Shown: piece by piece, positions 52,951 to 64,000 of the stretch
Layout: the number at the start of each line of letters is the position of its first letter
Position numbering within the stretch: position 1 is the first letter of the stretch
Assembly (NCBI RefSeq): GCF_006345805.1
Contig: NC_043008.1
Span: 62,062,001 to 62,126,000 of the forward strand
Length of the DNA stretch: 64,000 nt
DNA from: Octopus sinensis
Taxonomy: Eukaryota
Direction: 5' to 3'
Program-made: the position numbers and the translations under genes
The notes under the pieces: generated by a model
What the model saw: only the letters and a program-made list of their open reading frames with translations
Database searches by the model: none
Told to the model about the DNA's origin: nothing

Positions 52951-53276
52951 TGTCTACATACAAGAGCTACTGCTTGTAGTAAGCAACTGTGATTTAGCGG
53001 CAAGTATCATGCTTTCGATGATCGTTTCAGCTATACATGTAGCCATGTGTCTACTGAGACAAACAGCCTAGGCCCTCTACCATTGATCCGATGGAACACC
53101 CAAAGTGTGTGTAATAGATTAAGGGAGAGGTGAGTGCACTTGTGCTTAGCTGGTATTATTTTGTCTACTTCGTTAGGATGAAGGGCATGGCCAATCACAG
53201 CAAGAACTGACCACTGAGAACATATAACGCAATACATTCTATCCAACTCTTTAACAAATGTTCTAGTCATCATATA

Positions 53277-53299
53277 CTTACTTAGAAGTGGGAACAATG

Positions 53300-53335
<36 letters not shown>

Positions 53336-53754
53336 ACACACACATAGGCACACACACAAACACACACATACACACATATACATATATTTAAATATATACA
53401 CATATACATATGTACACATCCTGGCATAAAGATATATGAGTGTATATGAGTGTACGTGAGTATGACTGTATATGTATGCATGTATGTATGTACGTATGTA
53501 TGTATGAGTGTATATATGCAAATATACATATATGTATATGCGCAAATATGTATGTATGTGTATATACATACATAAATAAATATATATACATATATCTTTA
53601 TGCCAGGATGTGTACATATGCATATGTGTATATATTTAAATATATGTATGTGTGTCTATGCATGTGCCTGTGTGTGTGTGTCTGTGTGTGTGTGTGTGTG
53701 TCTGTGTGTATGTGTGTGTGTGTGTGTGTATCATTGTTCCCACTTCTACGTAAG
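53277..53754. mobile_element. Foldback MITE with ~160-bp microsatellite-containing arms and TA TSD
   Basis: Termini CTTAC(T/G)TAGAAGTGGGAACAATGATACAC are inverted. Arms at 53277-53436 and 53590-53754 include the unique block ACATCCTGGCATAAAGATAT. TA at 53275-53276 and 53755-53756. Confidence 0.75.
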
Positions 53755-54375
53755 TAGGATATTCTGCATAAATAACAAAATCGACATACAAATTCTTCAA
53801 AGCGATGAGATTGGGATGTAAATTACATATGTATGAAATTCCTGCTTTCATCAGAATGGTAAATATACTAATTTCTATGTATGAGTTTCAGAATAAGACT
53901 AAATGGCATCACAGCTTGTGTATTTGCATTAACAATGGACCAAATTATGTAGCAATAGCACTTGACGATTACATTACATTATCTAAAATTGTTTCTTTAA
54001 TGGTGTCAGTCGTAGCCAGATTTAAGATTGTGAACAAAATAATGGAAAATAAGATGGAATAATGGCTACAAAGTTGAAAGCAAACAAAAGAGTAAAATTA
54101 TTATTCTACAAAGGGTAACATCTGGAAACTGAGGAAACTGGTGGTGGTGGTCACACAGTCATCATCAGCATTTTGTATGCTTTACCATGCGGGCATGGTA
54201 TGTATGTCTTTGTTTTTGTGGGGTTGTGTTTTGTTTGTTTTTTTTTTTTTGTTTTTGTTTTTTTTTTCTGAACCCGGAACTATGTGGTTGGAAAGCAAGC
54301 TTCTTACAACGCGGCTACAATATCCTTCAACATAGCTCCTTCATAACTCCTATGATGAAATTACCAATCACATCT

Positions 54376-54792
54376 TTACTCTTTTACTTGTTTCAGTCAT
54401 TTGACTGCGGCCATGCTGGAGCACCGCCTTTAGTCAATCGAGCAAATCGACCCCGGGACTTATTCTTTGTAAGCCCAGTACTTATTCTATCGGTCTCTTT
54501 TGCCTAACCGCTAGGTAACGGGGACGTGAACACACCAGCATCGGTTGTCAAGCAATGCTAGGGGGACAAACACAGACACACAAACATATACACACACATA
54601 CATATATATATACATATATATATATATACATATATACGACGGGCTTCTTTCAGTTTCCGTCTACCAAATCCACTCACAAGGCTTTGGTAGGCCCGAGGCT
54701 ATAGTAGAAAACACTTGCCCAAGGTGCCACGCAGTGGGACTGAACCCAGAACCATGTGGTTCGTAAACAAGCTACTTACCACACAGCCACAT
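54376..54792 (-). mobile_element. SINE family B
   Basis: Colinear with 13313-13730. Confidence 0.9.
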
Positions 54793-55085
54793 CTAATGCG
54801 TTTTTTTTTTTTTTTTAAATAGTAATCTATAGTATGTACGTTGCCCAATTCTTATTTCCTAACGTATTTTATTTTATTTTATTTTATTATTTTCCTTGTT
54901 CGATTCCCTTAAAACATGTCATGTGCTGAATATATAAATTTTATCCAGTAACTGCAATCCATCAGAAAAGAAACACATTGAATTTTATGCACCTTTGTAG
55001 TTGATCTCCAAATAACGTTTAAAGCAAAGTATTTCATTACCATTTTGAGAACACATTGATTTTAACACGGATATTTATTTTATTA

Positions 55086-55477
55086 ACCCTTTCATCATCG
55101 ATTAAGTCACACAACCTCGTGGTTACGATGTTGGGTCGAAGAATGTTAAATCGTAGATTCAAGTTTTGTACCAGGTGACATATCCGTGATCAAGGTACTT
55201 AATTTCATGTGGTACTCGTTCACTCCTCTGGAAATTAGTACCGGCAGCAACTGCGAGTTAACTCTGCAAAATTCTTAGGAGACCCTTTCATCTTTGATTA
55301 AGTCACACGACCTCGTGGTTACGATGTGTGGGTTGAAGAATGTTAAATCGTAGATTCAAGTCTTGTACCAGGTGACATATCCGTGATCAAGGTACTTAAT
55401 TTCATGTGGTACTCGTTCACTCCTCTGGAAATTAGTACCGGCAGCAACTGCGAGTTAACTCTGCAAAATTCTTAGGA
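55086..55477. repeat. Two-copy tandem duplication, period 196 bp, of an old SINE-like unit
   Basis: ACCCTTTCATC at 55086 and 55282; both end in AAAATTCTTAGGAG. Confidence 0.9.
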
Positions 55478-55584
55478 GTCTATTCTATTCACAGTTGCTA
55501 AAATGAATCAGAAAGTTGAGTATGCTCCGATCTTATGAGCCTGTTAACTCGAGTCGTATTTAACTCTTCCAGGAGTGATTGCTC

Positions 55585-55816
55585 TTTACTCTTTTACTCT
55601 TTTACTTGTTTCAGTCATTTGACTGTGGCCATGCTGGAGCACCGCCTTTACTCAATCGAGCAAATCGACCCCAGGAATAATTCTTTCTAAGCCTAGTACT
55701 TATTCTATCAGTCTCTTTTGCCTAACCGCTAACTTACGGGAACGTAAACACACCAGCATCGGTTGTCAGGTGATGTTGGAGGACAAACACAGACACACAA
55801 ACATACACACACACAC

Positions 55817-55881
<65 letters not shown>

Positions 55882-56039
55882 TCATATATCAGTTTCCATC
55901 TACCAAATTCACTCACAAGGCTTTGGTCGGCCCGAAGCTCTAGTAGAAGACACTTGCCCAAGATGCCACGCAGTGGGACTGAACCCAGAACCATGTGGTT
56001 CGTAAGCAAGCTACTTACCACACAGCCACTCCTACGCCT
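55585..56039 (-). mobile_element. SINE family B
   Basis: Colinear; internal (CA)n expanded. Confidence 0.9.
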
Positions 56040-56351
56040 ATACTTACCACACGAGAATATAGAAAAATGCACACACCAAACATTCAGGTAAACCAGTAAA
56101 CATTACCCATTATATAATCTTGACAGTCTGGACTGGTTGTTTGGATGACTATTGATATGAAATACTGAAACTAGTATTAATACAATTCGTGGAAGTGTTT
56201 CTGACAAGAATTATGAGAGCATTTTTGCTGTGGCCACACATATTCTAGTCAGCCAAACTGAACTAAAATATTTGTTGCATTACGTATATGAGAGAAATTG
56301 TTCTCAGGAATAGCCTATTAATGCATTGAACTTAATATTTGATTTATATAA

Positions 56352-56550
56352 AGCAACAAGATGGTAAAATCGTTAACGCATTGGGCAAAATGCTTGGCAG
56401 CATTTTGTTCATCGCTACGTTCTGAGTTCAAATTCCGTCGGGGTCAACTTTGCCTTTCATCCTTTCGGGATCGATTAGATAAGTACCAGTTACGCACTGG
56501 AGTCGTTGTAATCGACTTAATTCCTTCCCCCAAATGTGAGGCCTTGTGCT
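56352..56550 (+). mobile_element. SINE family A
   Basis: GTTCTGAGTTCAAATTCCG..GGTCAACTTTGCCTTTCATCCTTTCGGG core. Confidence 0.75.
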
Positions 56551-56650
56551 CTTAATTGTGGCTTTGGTCGTTTTGGCTATTTCTAGCGTGTGTAAAATTA
56601 CCTGTTATAGGTTGTTTCACTTGTGTTTAAATGTACACTATTATATGTGT

Positions 56651-56704
<54 letters not shown>

Positions 56705-57049
56705 TGTGTGTGTGTGCGTGTGTGTGTGTTTGTGTGTACTGTTCTGTACTGGTAAGATCAACAATCTGGTGGAAGATAAATATTAGAGAAACCTTATATA
56801 TGTTATTTTGGGCTACTATTAGCTTCATGTGTTGCTGCTATTAGTTTCTCATCTTTTGTTTGTTATGTCATGTGGGCAGTGCCTGATGATTGCGCTAGGA
56901 CACCAGACGTGTTAAAAAAATACTTTTTGACATGCCCTCAGCACATGAAACTAACAGTAGCACTTAAAAACATATACTGTGTTTATACACGCGCGCGCGC
57001 ATGCACATTATAATTGGAAAGCCTCTTCTTCCAGTACTCCGAGTCTCAC

Positions 57050-57233
57050 TTTATTTTGAATATTCACTGTCTGAAAATAGTTTGAAAACTGAAATGAAAG
57101 TTTGAAGGAAACCTTATGTTTTTTCATTTAAAATCTTTTGAGAACGACAAGAAAGAACATAATGAAGAACTTTTCCTTCAAGATTTCAGTCCGTGTTTTA
57201 AAATATATTCAGACAGTGGATATTCAAAATAAG
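57050..57233. mobile_element. Degenerate long-TIR MITE
   Basis: TTATTTTGAATATTCACTGTCTGAAAATAGTTTGAAAAC is inverted against GTTTTAAAATATATTCAGACAGTGGATATTCAAAATAA (~85%), with weaker pairing further in. Confidence 0.6.
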
Positions 57234-57448
57234 ACCAGTCTCGGTTTACCGGCTGAGGATCAGAAACTAGCTACTCTGAAGAATGGAAATCAGAGCCTTT
57301 CAATTATAATGTATTAAAGAAGAACAGTCTAAATTTGTATTGAGTCCTGTAAAATGTCGCTTCTAATGAATCAACAGAGATTTATAAACATACATACATA
57401 TGAGTACATACTCTGGGTAACAGTTTTTGCACATACACACACACGCAC

Positions 57449-57508
<60 letters not shown>

Positions 57509-57629
57509 TTAATAAGGGTGAGAGAATTAGATACTAATTTAATAGTATATTTATTCAACACCAAGTGGCCTAGTGCTACGAGAAACCTGGATTATTATAA
57601 TATTTTATAACATATTATAATATTTTTAC

Positions 57630-57807
57630 AAAATAAATATAAGAGAGTGGTCAATATATTGCTCACTCTAGCACCAGTTAATCCAAAAGGTTTCAACCAC
57701 GAAAATACATGTTTCCCATGGGAAACATGTATTTTCGTGGTTGAAACCTTTTGGATTAACTGGTGCTAGAGTGAGCAATATATTGACCACTCTCTTATAT
57801 TTATTTT
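57630..57807. repeat. Perfect 178-bp palindrome (89-bp arms, no spacer) ending a (TA)n-embedded element (~57505-57807)
   Basis: Centre CCCA|TGGG at 57718/57719; arms checked base by base as exact reverse complements. Confidence 0.95.
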
Positions 57808-58077
57808 ATATTATATTATTATATATATATATATATATTAATATATATATATATGTATATATATGAGAGGTAATGGTGTCAAGAAGACCCAAAGGTGTCA
57901 GGTAATGCTGAGTAAGTACTATGGATAGACTATATTATAGACTAATTCCAGGTTTGGTGATTATACGAAAGAGGAGTCCAACGTAGGTCGTATATCAGCA
58001 TGCGTATATATAAAAAAATTAACAGAATGAGATAAAAATCCAAGGCTGGGAAAAATTTCAGAACATTTATAAAGAGA

Positions 58078-58126
58078 AAGACTTACAGCTGTTTTCGGGA
58101 TATTTTATATATCCCTTCATCGGAGA
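58078..58126 (-). ncRNA. Hammerhead-like motif, slightly degenerate
   Basis: Minus strand reads GTCT CCGATGA A GGGATAT ATAAA ATATCCC GAAAAC AGCT GTA AGTC: perfect 7-bp stem II and palindromic stem III, but U4 changed to C and one extra A. Confidence 0.6.
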
Positions 58127-58254
58127 CGGTGTGAGAAGATGGTTAAGCAATAGTTATTCTAGAGAAGATATGAAATAGAGAGTGGAGGAATGAAAACAGA
58201 CATGAGATATGCAGGGATATTGCATCTGCAGATCCATTATTTAAGCAGAATGGT

Positions 58255-58455
58255 ATACATATAAGTTTCCTAGTATGTTTGTCCCCCACCACCACCACTT
58301 GAAAACCGGTGTTCCTGTGTTTACGTCACCGTAACTTAGTGGTTCGGCAAAAGAACCGATAAAAAATTAGTCCTGGGGTCGATTTATTCGACTACATATT
58401 GAAGGTGATGCCCCAGCATAGCCGCAGTCTAATGACTAAAGCAAGTAAAAGATAA
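58255..58455 (+). mobile_element. SINE family B 3' half
   Basis: GTTTGTCCCC...GGTTCGGCAAAAGA...GGGGTCGATT...GCCGCAGTCTAATGACT. Confidence 0.75.
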
Positions 58456-59160
58456 ATAGACGCGCGCACACACACACGCACACACACACACACACACCAC
58501 ACACACACACACACACATACACACATTGTATCTCGGAAGGATATTTATACAAATAATAAACCCACGCACTCGTCCTTTTTTTCCAGTTTTTCATTATTCG
58601 TCATTTGGTTAACTATTTGACCAATTAAACAATCGATTGTTTGATTAGGTTAATCAAACAATCAGTTTTGTTTATCAAAGTCCTTTCGTCGCCATTGTGC
58701 GCTCTTTGCGGTCATGCCCTCCCATTTCAAAGCCAGCTTCAAGTCTGTCTCTTCGTTTTAGCTTCTATATTGTAGCTGTATAGATATGGGCGAGAATGCA
58801 CGGGACAGGGTGAGGAAGAGAGAGAAAAGAAAAAGCTTGTGAGTGCGTGTGTTCAGGCGTGGGTGCGCTCTGGTATACGTATGTGTGTGTATACGTATGC
58901 GTTTGAATGGTAACGCTTTTGTTTCTTTGTATGTTTACCTACTGGACTTGTGTATTTGTCTGTGTGGTGTCGGTATATGCGTGAGCGTATATTGTCCACT
59001 TGCGTTATTCTTTTATGGGGAAAGTACCGATCGAATTACAATTTAATGATATTTCGCATTTTAATACAATAACTCAAAGAAATATGAAGTTTGAGGCCTG
59101 TCTAACTCCATTTCGCCTACACACGCGTGTGCACAACAGTTGTTTGATTAATACACCACC

Positions 59161-59615
59161 AAGGCGGTGAGCTGGCAGAATCGTTAGCATGTCGGGCGAA
59201 ATGATTAGCAGTATTTCGCCTGCCGCTCCGTTCTGAGTTCAAATTCCGCCGAGGTCGACTTTGCCTTTCCTCCTTTCGGGGTCGATTAAATAAGTACCTA
59301 TTTCTTTATTACCCACAAGGGGCTAAACATAGAGGGGACAAACAAGGACAGACATAGGTATTAAGTCGATTACATCGACCCCAGTGCGTAACTGGTACTT
59401 AATTTATCGACCCCGAAAGGATGAAAGGCAAAGTCAACCTCGGCGGAATTTGAACTCACAACGTAACGACAAGCGAAATACCGTTAAGCATTTCGCCCGG
59501 CGTACTAACGATTCTGCCAGTTATGCACTGGGGTCGATATCATCGACTTAATCCGTTTGTCTCTCCTTGTTTGTTCTCTCTGTGTTTAGCCCCTTGGGGG
59601 TAGTAAAGAAATAGA
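59161..59615. mobile_element. SINE family A (plus) with an antisense family A copy (~59298-59518) inserted inside it
   Basis: The plus copy breaks after AAATAAGTACC and resumes at CAGTTATGCACTGGGG; the insert is a full-length reverse-complement copy. Confidence 0.8.
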
Positions 59616-59972
59616 TTAACACACCAGCGTGGTTGCGTTTGTTTTGTGGTCTCTACATTTTAGCAGTATTTATTTTTAAGGGAACGTTTTCATCAGTTTA
59701 TTCATGTAGTCTCATGTATTTATTGTAAAGATGTCTCATACAAATCATTGGGTTTCTTATCACAGTATTCATTCCTATGGGCTTCTTTTCTCTCCACTAA
59801 ATTTCTGGGAGTCTCTGCAATGTATATGTCAAATTCCTACATTCGCTTCCTTCCATTGATTTTAAATAGTAAACTACGTTCCTCATTTTATAATTAATCC
59901 TAGGATTTGTTCAACACACAATTTTATAAGCGTAGGATAAAATAATTGGAACAGTAGAAATTTAACTCCATT

Positions 59973-60205
59973 AAGGCGGCGAGTTGGCAGAATCGTTAGC
60001 ACGCCGGGCGAAATGCTTAGCGGTATTTCGTCGGCCGTTACGTTCTGAGTTCATATTCCGCCGAGGTCGACTTTGCCTTTCATCCTTTCGGGGTCGATTA
60101 AATAAGTACCAGTTACGCATTGGGGTCGATGTAGTTGACTTAATCCCTTTGTCTGTCTTTGTTTGTCCCCTCTGTATTTAGCCCCTTGTGGGCAATAAAG
60201 AAATA
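59973..60205 (+). mobile_element. SINE family A, full length, inserted just inside the Tc1 left end
   Basis: 17-bp TSD AGAAATTTAACT(C/T)CATT at 59956-59972 and 60206-60222. Confidence 0.92.
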
Positions 60206-61117
60206 AGAAATTTAACTTCATTATTTCCATGAGCCATTATATTACGAATATCCATCCAAGTTTCTTGTGAGTCTTTCATTTTGTATTGTAGATGTTTTTT
60301 AAAAATCTAATTTAATGATTATTTCCATCTCTTTTTCGGATCGTAGTATAAATCAAGCTAAATCAATGCGTGACCTCACTGAGATCGTAAAAAGGCAAAT
60401 TGTTGAAGCTCGAATGGCAGGAGCTTCCTTCACTAGAACAGATGAACTCCTTGATTTTTCTAGAGCTACCATATCAAGGACCATGACTGAATTTGAGAAG
60501 CAAGGTAAAACCTCCAGCAGGTGGAGTGTGTCCGGCAAGACTTCGAAGCTCACTGAAAGAAACCGACGAATATTGAATCGCATTGGGATGAAAAATCAGT
60601 GGACAACCGCCCCTAATGTGACTGCAGAGTTTAATCAACATCTGACTAGCCCAGTCTCGACTAAACCTGTTCGCCGTGAGCTCAATAAAGCCGGATATCT
60701 TAGAAGAGCCGCCATCAAGAAACCTCTGCTTTCTCATCAAAGCATTCAGAAAAGGTTGAACTGGTGCAGAGATCCCAAGAGCTATTCGACAGACCAATAG
60801 AGGCAAGTAATATACTCCAACAAATCCATATTTTCTCTTTTACCCAGTGCAGGGGGAGTTTATGTGTGGAGATAGCCCGGGGAAGCTTTAATCCTGATTG
60901 CCTTCTTCCTACTGTGATGATTTGGGCAGCCATTTCTTGGAATTCTTTTGGTCTAATCGTTGCCCTGCATGGTAGGATCAACAACAATATATTTTGGGAA
61001 GCCAAGCCCTTCTCATGGTCCAGACATTATTTCTTGATGGTGAGTGCAGCTTCCAAGATGACAATGCTCCAATACATACTTCTCGTGTGGTTAGGAATTG
61101 GTATGAAGAGCATAGAA

Positions 61118-61310
61118 ATGTTGTTGCTGTTAAGCAACAAGACGGATTAGGTGATGGTCTAGGGCCTAGGGACGGGAGATCCCAGACCTTCGAAAAAAAA
61201 ACTTTGGTCGTCTTGTAGTCGAGGGCTCTTCGTTGACGCCCTACAGCACTGGGAGGTGGCCCTCAAAGTCGCTGGAAATGGAGACCTCCAGGTCCAAATT
61301 CTTGAACGGC
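61118..61310 (-). mobile_element. 5'-truncated copy of the CAA-tailed retroposon inserted in the Tc1 ORF
   Basis: TSD TAGAA at 61113-61117 and 61311-61315; homologous to ~22955-23145; removing it restores the frame WYEEHRSELQHMEW. Confidence 0.85.
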
Positions 61311-61848
61311 TAGAAGTGAGCTACAACATATGGAGTGGCCCCTCAATCTCCAGATCTTAATATTCTTGAGCATTTGTGGTGCATCTTGGAGCAACAAGCT
61401 AAAAGTCGTTACCCTCCACCGTCATACCTGCAGCAGCCGGAGCAGGTTTTGCAGGAAGAAAGGCTTAAGATTCCTCTCAATGAAGTCAGGAAAATGTATG
61501 AATCAATTACTAGACGCATGGAAGCTGTTCAGAAAGCTATTGGAGGACAACCGCCATTGAATTTAACATGTGTTCCAATTATTTTTAGTCCCTATATTTC
61601 TTGGTGTACATGTAGCGCTCCCAGAGGGTTATCTTCTGCTTTTGATTACCTTCGTCTTTATACTACCTTAATTGTAATTTGAACGTTAGAAACAGCTTTC
61701 CTAAACTCACAAGACAATTCTGTTTGCAGTGTAGAGTTTATTGACATTACCCCTTAAAACTTATCATGTCATACCATATGATTATCTTATTTAGCTTCTT
61801 ACGAATTCTTCGTAGCATTTCCCATCGCTTATTATGATATATATGGGT

Positions 61849-62081
61849 AAGGCGGCTGGTTGGCAGTTTCGTTAGCACGCCAGGCAAAATGGTTAGCGGT
61901 ATTTCGTCTGCCGTTACATTCTAAGTTCAAATTCCGCTGAGCTCGACTTTGCCTTTCATCCTTTCGGGGTCGATTAAATAAGTAACAGTTACGCACTGGG
62001 GTCGATATAATCGACGTAATCCGTTTGTCTGTCCTTCATTGTCCCCTCTGTGTTTAGTCCCTTGTGGGCAGTAAAGAAATA
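61849..62081 (+). mobile_element. SINE family A, full length
   Basis: AAGGCGGCTGGTTGGCAG head through the GGGCAGTAAAGAAATA tail. Confidence 0.9.
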
Positions 62082-62883
62082 AGAATGGAAGAGTCAAGGT
62101 TCCCACTCCCGGTCTTATTCAGTGAGCTCACTTAGGAGAGAAGACCATGGGGTTGTCCTCTCTGAAGATACAAAGACCAACTCAAAGTAAATCTAAAAGC
62201 CACTGGAATTGTGCCCAAATTGTTTGAAATACAAACCCTTGACCCCACCAAGTGGCAGCATTCCATCACCATCGGAACCAAAACCTTCGAAGCCACCGAA
62301 AGAGAAAAAAAAGAAGAAAACAAGAGACAGGAGAGAAAGGCTTGACAAAATCAACCTCGTATTCCACCAACAATGCCATCTAGTCAATGCTATCTACTCT
62401 TCTATGCAAGAATTGGTCTACAGAATCATCACCAGTATCACCATAAAAGAAGGGTTCTGCAAAGAAGAAAATAAATACTTGGATATTAGGTAAAGCTGAT
62501 GACAATGAATGTTGAACTCCCAAGATCTAAAGGTTCTCTCTATCACTTCAAGATCTATTGAGTATGAATGTTTGAGCTATTACAAACGAGACCTAGTAAG
62601 GCCTGATACGTTTTAAGCTGTGAAAGTGTTTGCCAATTATCAGATTCACTCGCTGCTACATGCTCTCATAAAACATTTATTCAATATTCGTTGCAGAGTT
62701 ATCAAACTTGTCTTTCTTGATAAAAATTATCATGAATGTTAAGGACATTTCTATTCACTAGAGCTATGATTTTAATTGATTAAAGTATTTGCTTTCCTTG
62801 GCTTCGTACGTTAAGTCATTAACCCTACATTTGTTTTTCAAATGACCTTGTCTTGGACTTAATCAAGTACATGTTTACACACA

Positions 62884-62922
<39 letters not shown>

Positions 62923-63034
62923 AACACATCCATAAACATCTGCATATATACACTTGCACACAAGTATCTATGCATATATATACATAATGATACATACATA
63001 TCTATCTATCTATCTATCTACATATATATATATA

Positions 63035-63080
63035 GGATAAACTTACTTGGAAATAGATGTGTGGCGTTCAATCAAATAAT

Positions 63081-63159
<79 letters not shown>

Positions 63160-63214
63160 ATATAATATTTATATCATTTGATTGAACACCACACATCTAT
63201 TCCCAAGTTTATCT
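63035..63214. mobile_element. Inverted repeat (~45 bp) around a (TA)n core
   Basis: GGATAAACTTACTTGGAAATAGATGTGTGGCGTTCAATCAAATAATA versus TATCATTTGATTGAACACCACACATCTATTCCCAAGTTTATCT; same terminal motif as the 18045 and 18852 repeat ends. Confidence 0.7.
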
Positions 63215-63233
63215 TATATATATATATATTTGC

Positions 63234-63266
<33 letters not shown>

Positions 63267-63274
63267 GTGCATAT

Positions 63275-63324
<50 letters not shown>

Positions 63325-64000
63325 GCATGTATTTATGTACGTATGTATATTCTATATTGAGTGCAATAGCAATATACTACACGTTTGTATGTTGTTTATA
63401 GATGAGAGTAGCCTTGTTAATTAAATGCATCGATTCATATTATTTTTACTTCAATAAACCTCACTCTATAAGTGCAATTATTGCACAACTTTATTTCTTT
63501 ATTGTATTTATTTTTTTCTATGTTTGTGTTTTGTTGTTGTAGTTTTTTATCTTGTTTTTGTTTTTTTTGTGTTTTTCTGTTGTCTATATAAAACCACTTC
63601 TATTCATTCCACTACAATATTTCTCTTGGCAGCTTGATTTAATACTGCCATGCCACACTTGAAATTAATAAATAGAAACAGAAAGAAGAGATGAAGAGAT
63701 AGAAAGAAAGAGAAATAAATAATAAAATAAAATAAAATAAAATAATATATAATAATAAAAATAAGAATGAAATACAAGAAAATGGTGCAACTGTAATTTC
63801 CCATTTGTGTATCAAAAACAAAATTTATGATTGAAACTTTATTGACAACTATTCTTTAATTTCATATTAGTTTGATGCTTTCTAAAACTGGACCATATGA
63901 AGGGTCATATAGCTTCCAATAAGTTGGTCTTTGTTAACATTTTTTCCCTTATTATTTTCCAATAAACATCCTTAATCATGAAAACAAAGCTGCAGATAAA

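Larger units (their letters stand above)
59925..61596 (+). mobile_element. Tc1-family transposon, defective, DD36E spacing (Incomer-like)
   Basis: Paired-like HTH region MRDLTEIVKRQIVEAR..SRATISR..RRELNKAG..KKPLLS (60365-60800), FQDDNAPIHT and QSPDLNILEHLW. TIR core AAAATAATTGGAACA at 59939-59953 and its reverse complement at 61571-61585. Stops and frameshifts; first catalytic D mutated (YSNKS). Confidence 0.9.

Noticed and set aside
57250-57290. CTGAGGA-TCA-GAAAC hammerhead-like match
   Set aside because: No stem II can form and there is no stem I/III support.
62209-62493. 94-aa ORF with CPNC and a Pro/Lys-rich run
   Set aside because: Lacks the H and last C of a knuckle; non-ATG start; possibly a LINE ORF1 relic but unsupported.

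Overview
AT-rich, microsatellite-saturated eukaryotic DNA. The repeat families (several tRNA-headed SINEs, TA/TATC/CATA/TAA microsatellites, R4/Dong-like and L1/Tx1-like LINE relics) match my recollection of coleoid cephalopod, probably Octopus, sequence. That assignment is inference, not a database result. I found no intact, recognisable host protein-coding gene, rRNA, tRNA gene or CRISPR array, and almost all ORFs in the track are microsatellite read-throughs. Recognisable coding relics are all transposon-derived: a mariner with both TIRs and TA duplication (44697-46362, minus, with nested SINE and hAT MITE), a Tc1 with DD36E spacing (about 59925-61596, plus, two nested insertions), two R4/Dong 3' ends in a (TAA)n array (50135-51085), an L1/Tx1-type ORF1 relic (21075-21790) and a CR1-type RT fragment (26560-26720). 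The most distinctive signal is structured RNA/DNA next to microsatellites. There are at least six hammerhead-ribozyme-like motifs from about three families (Penelope-like), several (TA)n-embedded elements ending in long hairpins including a perfect 178-bp spacerless palindrome, a 332-bp foldback element preceded by a TATA box, a Mutator-like MITE with an interrupted TIR, and a pre-miRNA-sized hairpin. A few candidate exons at 12-16 kb, one SRCR-like but with stops, may be a decayed host gene. All alignments and coordinates were read by eye and may be off by a few bases.
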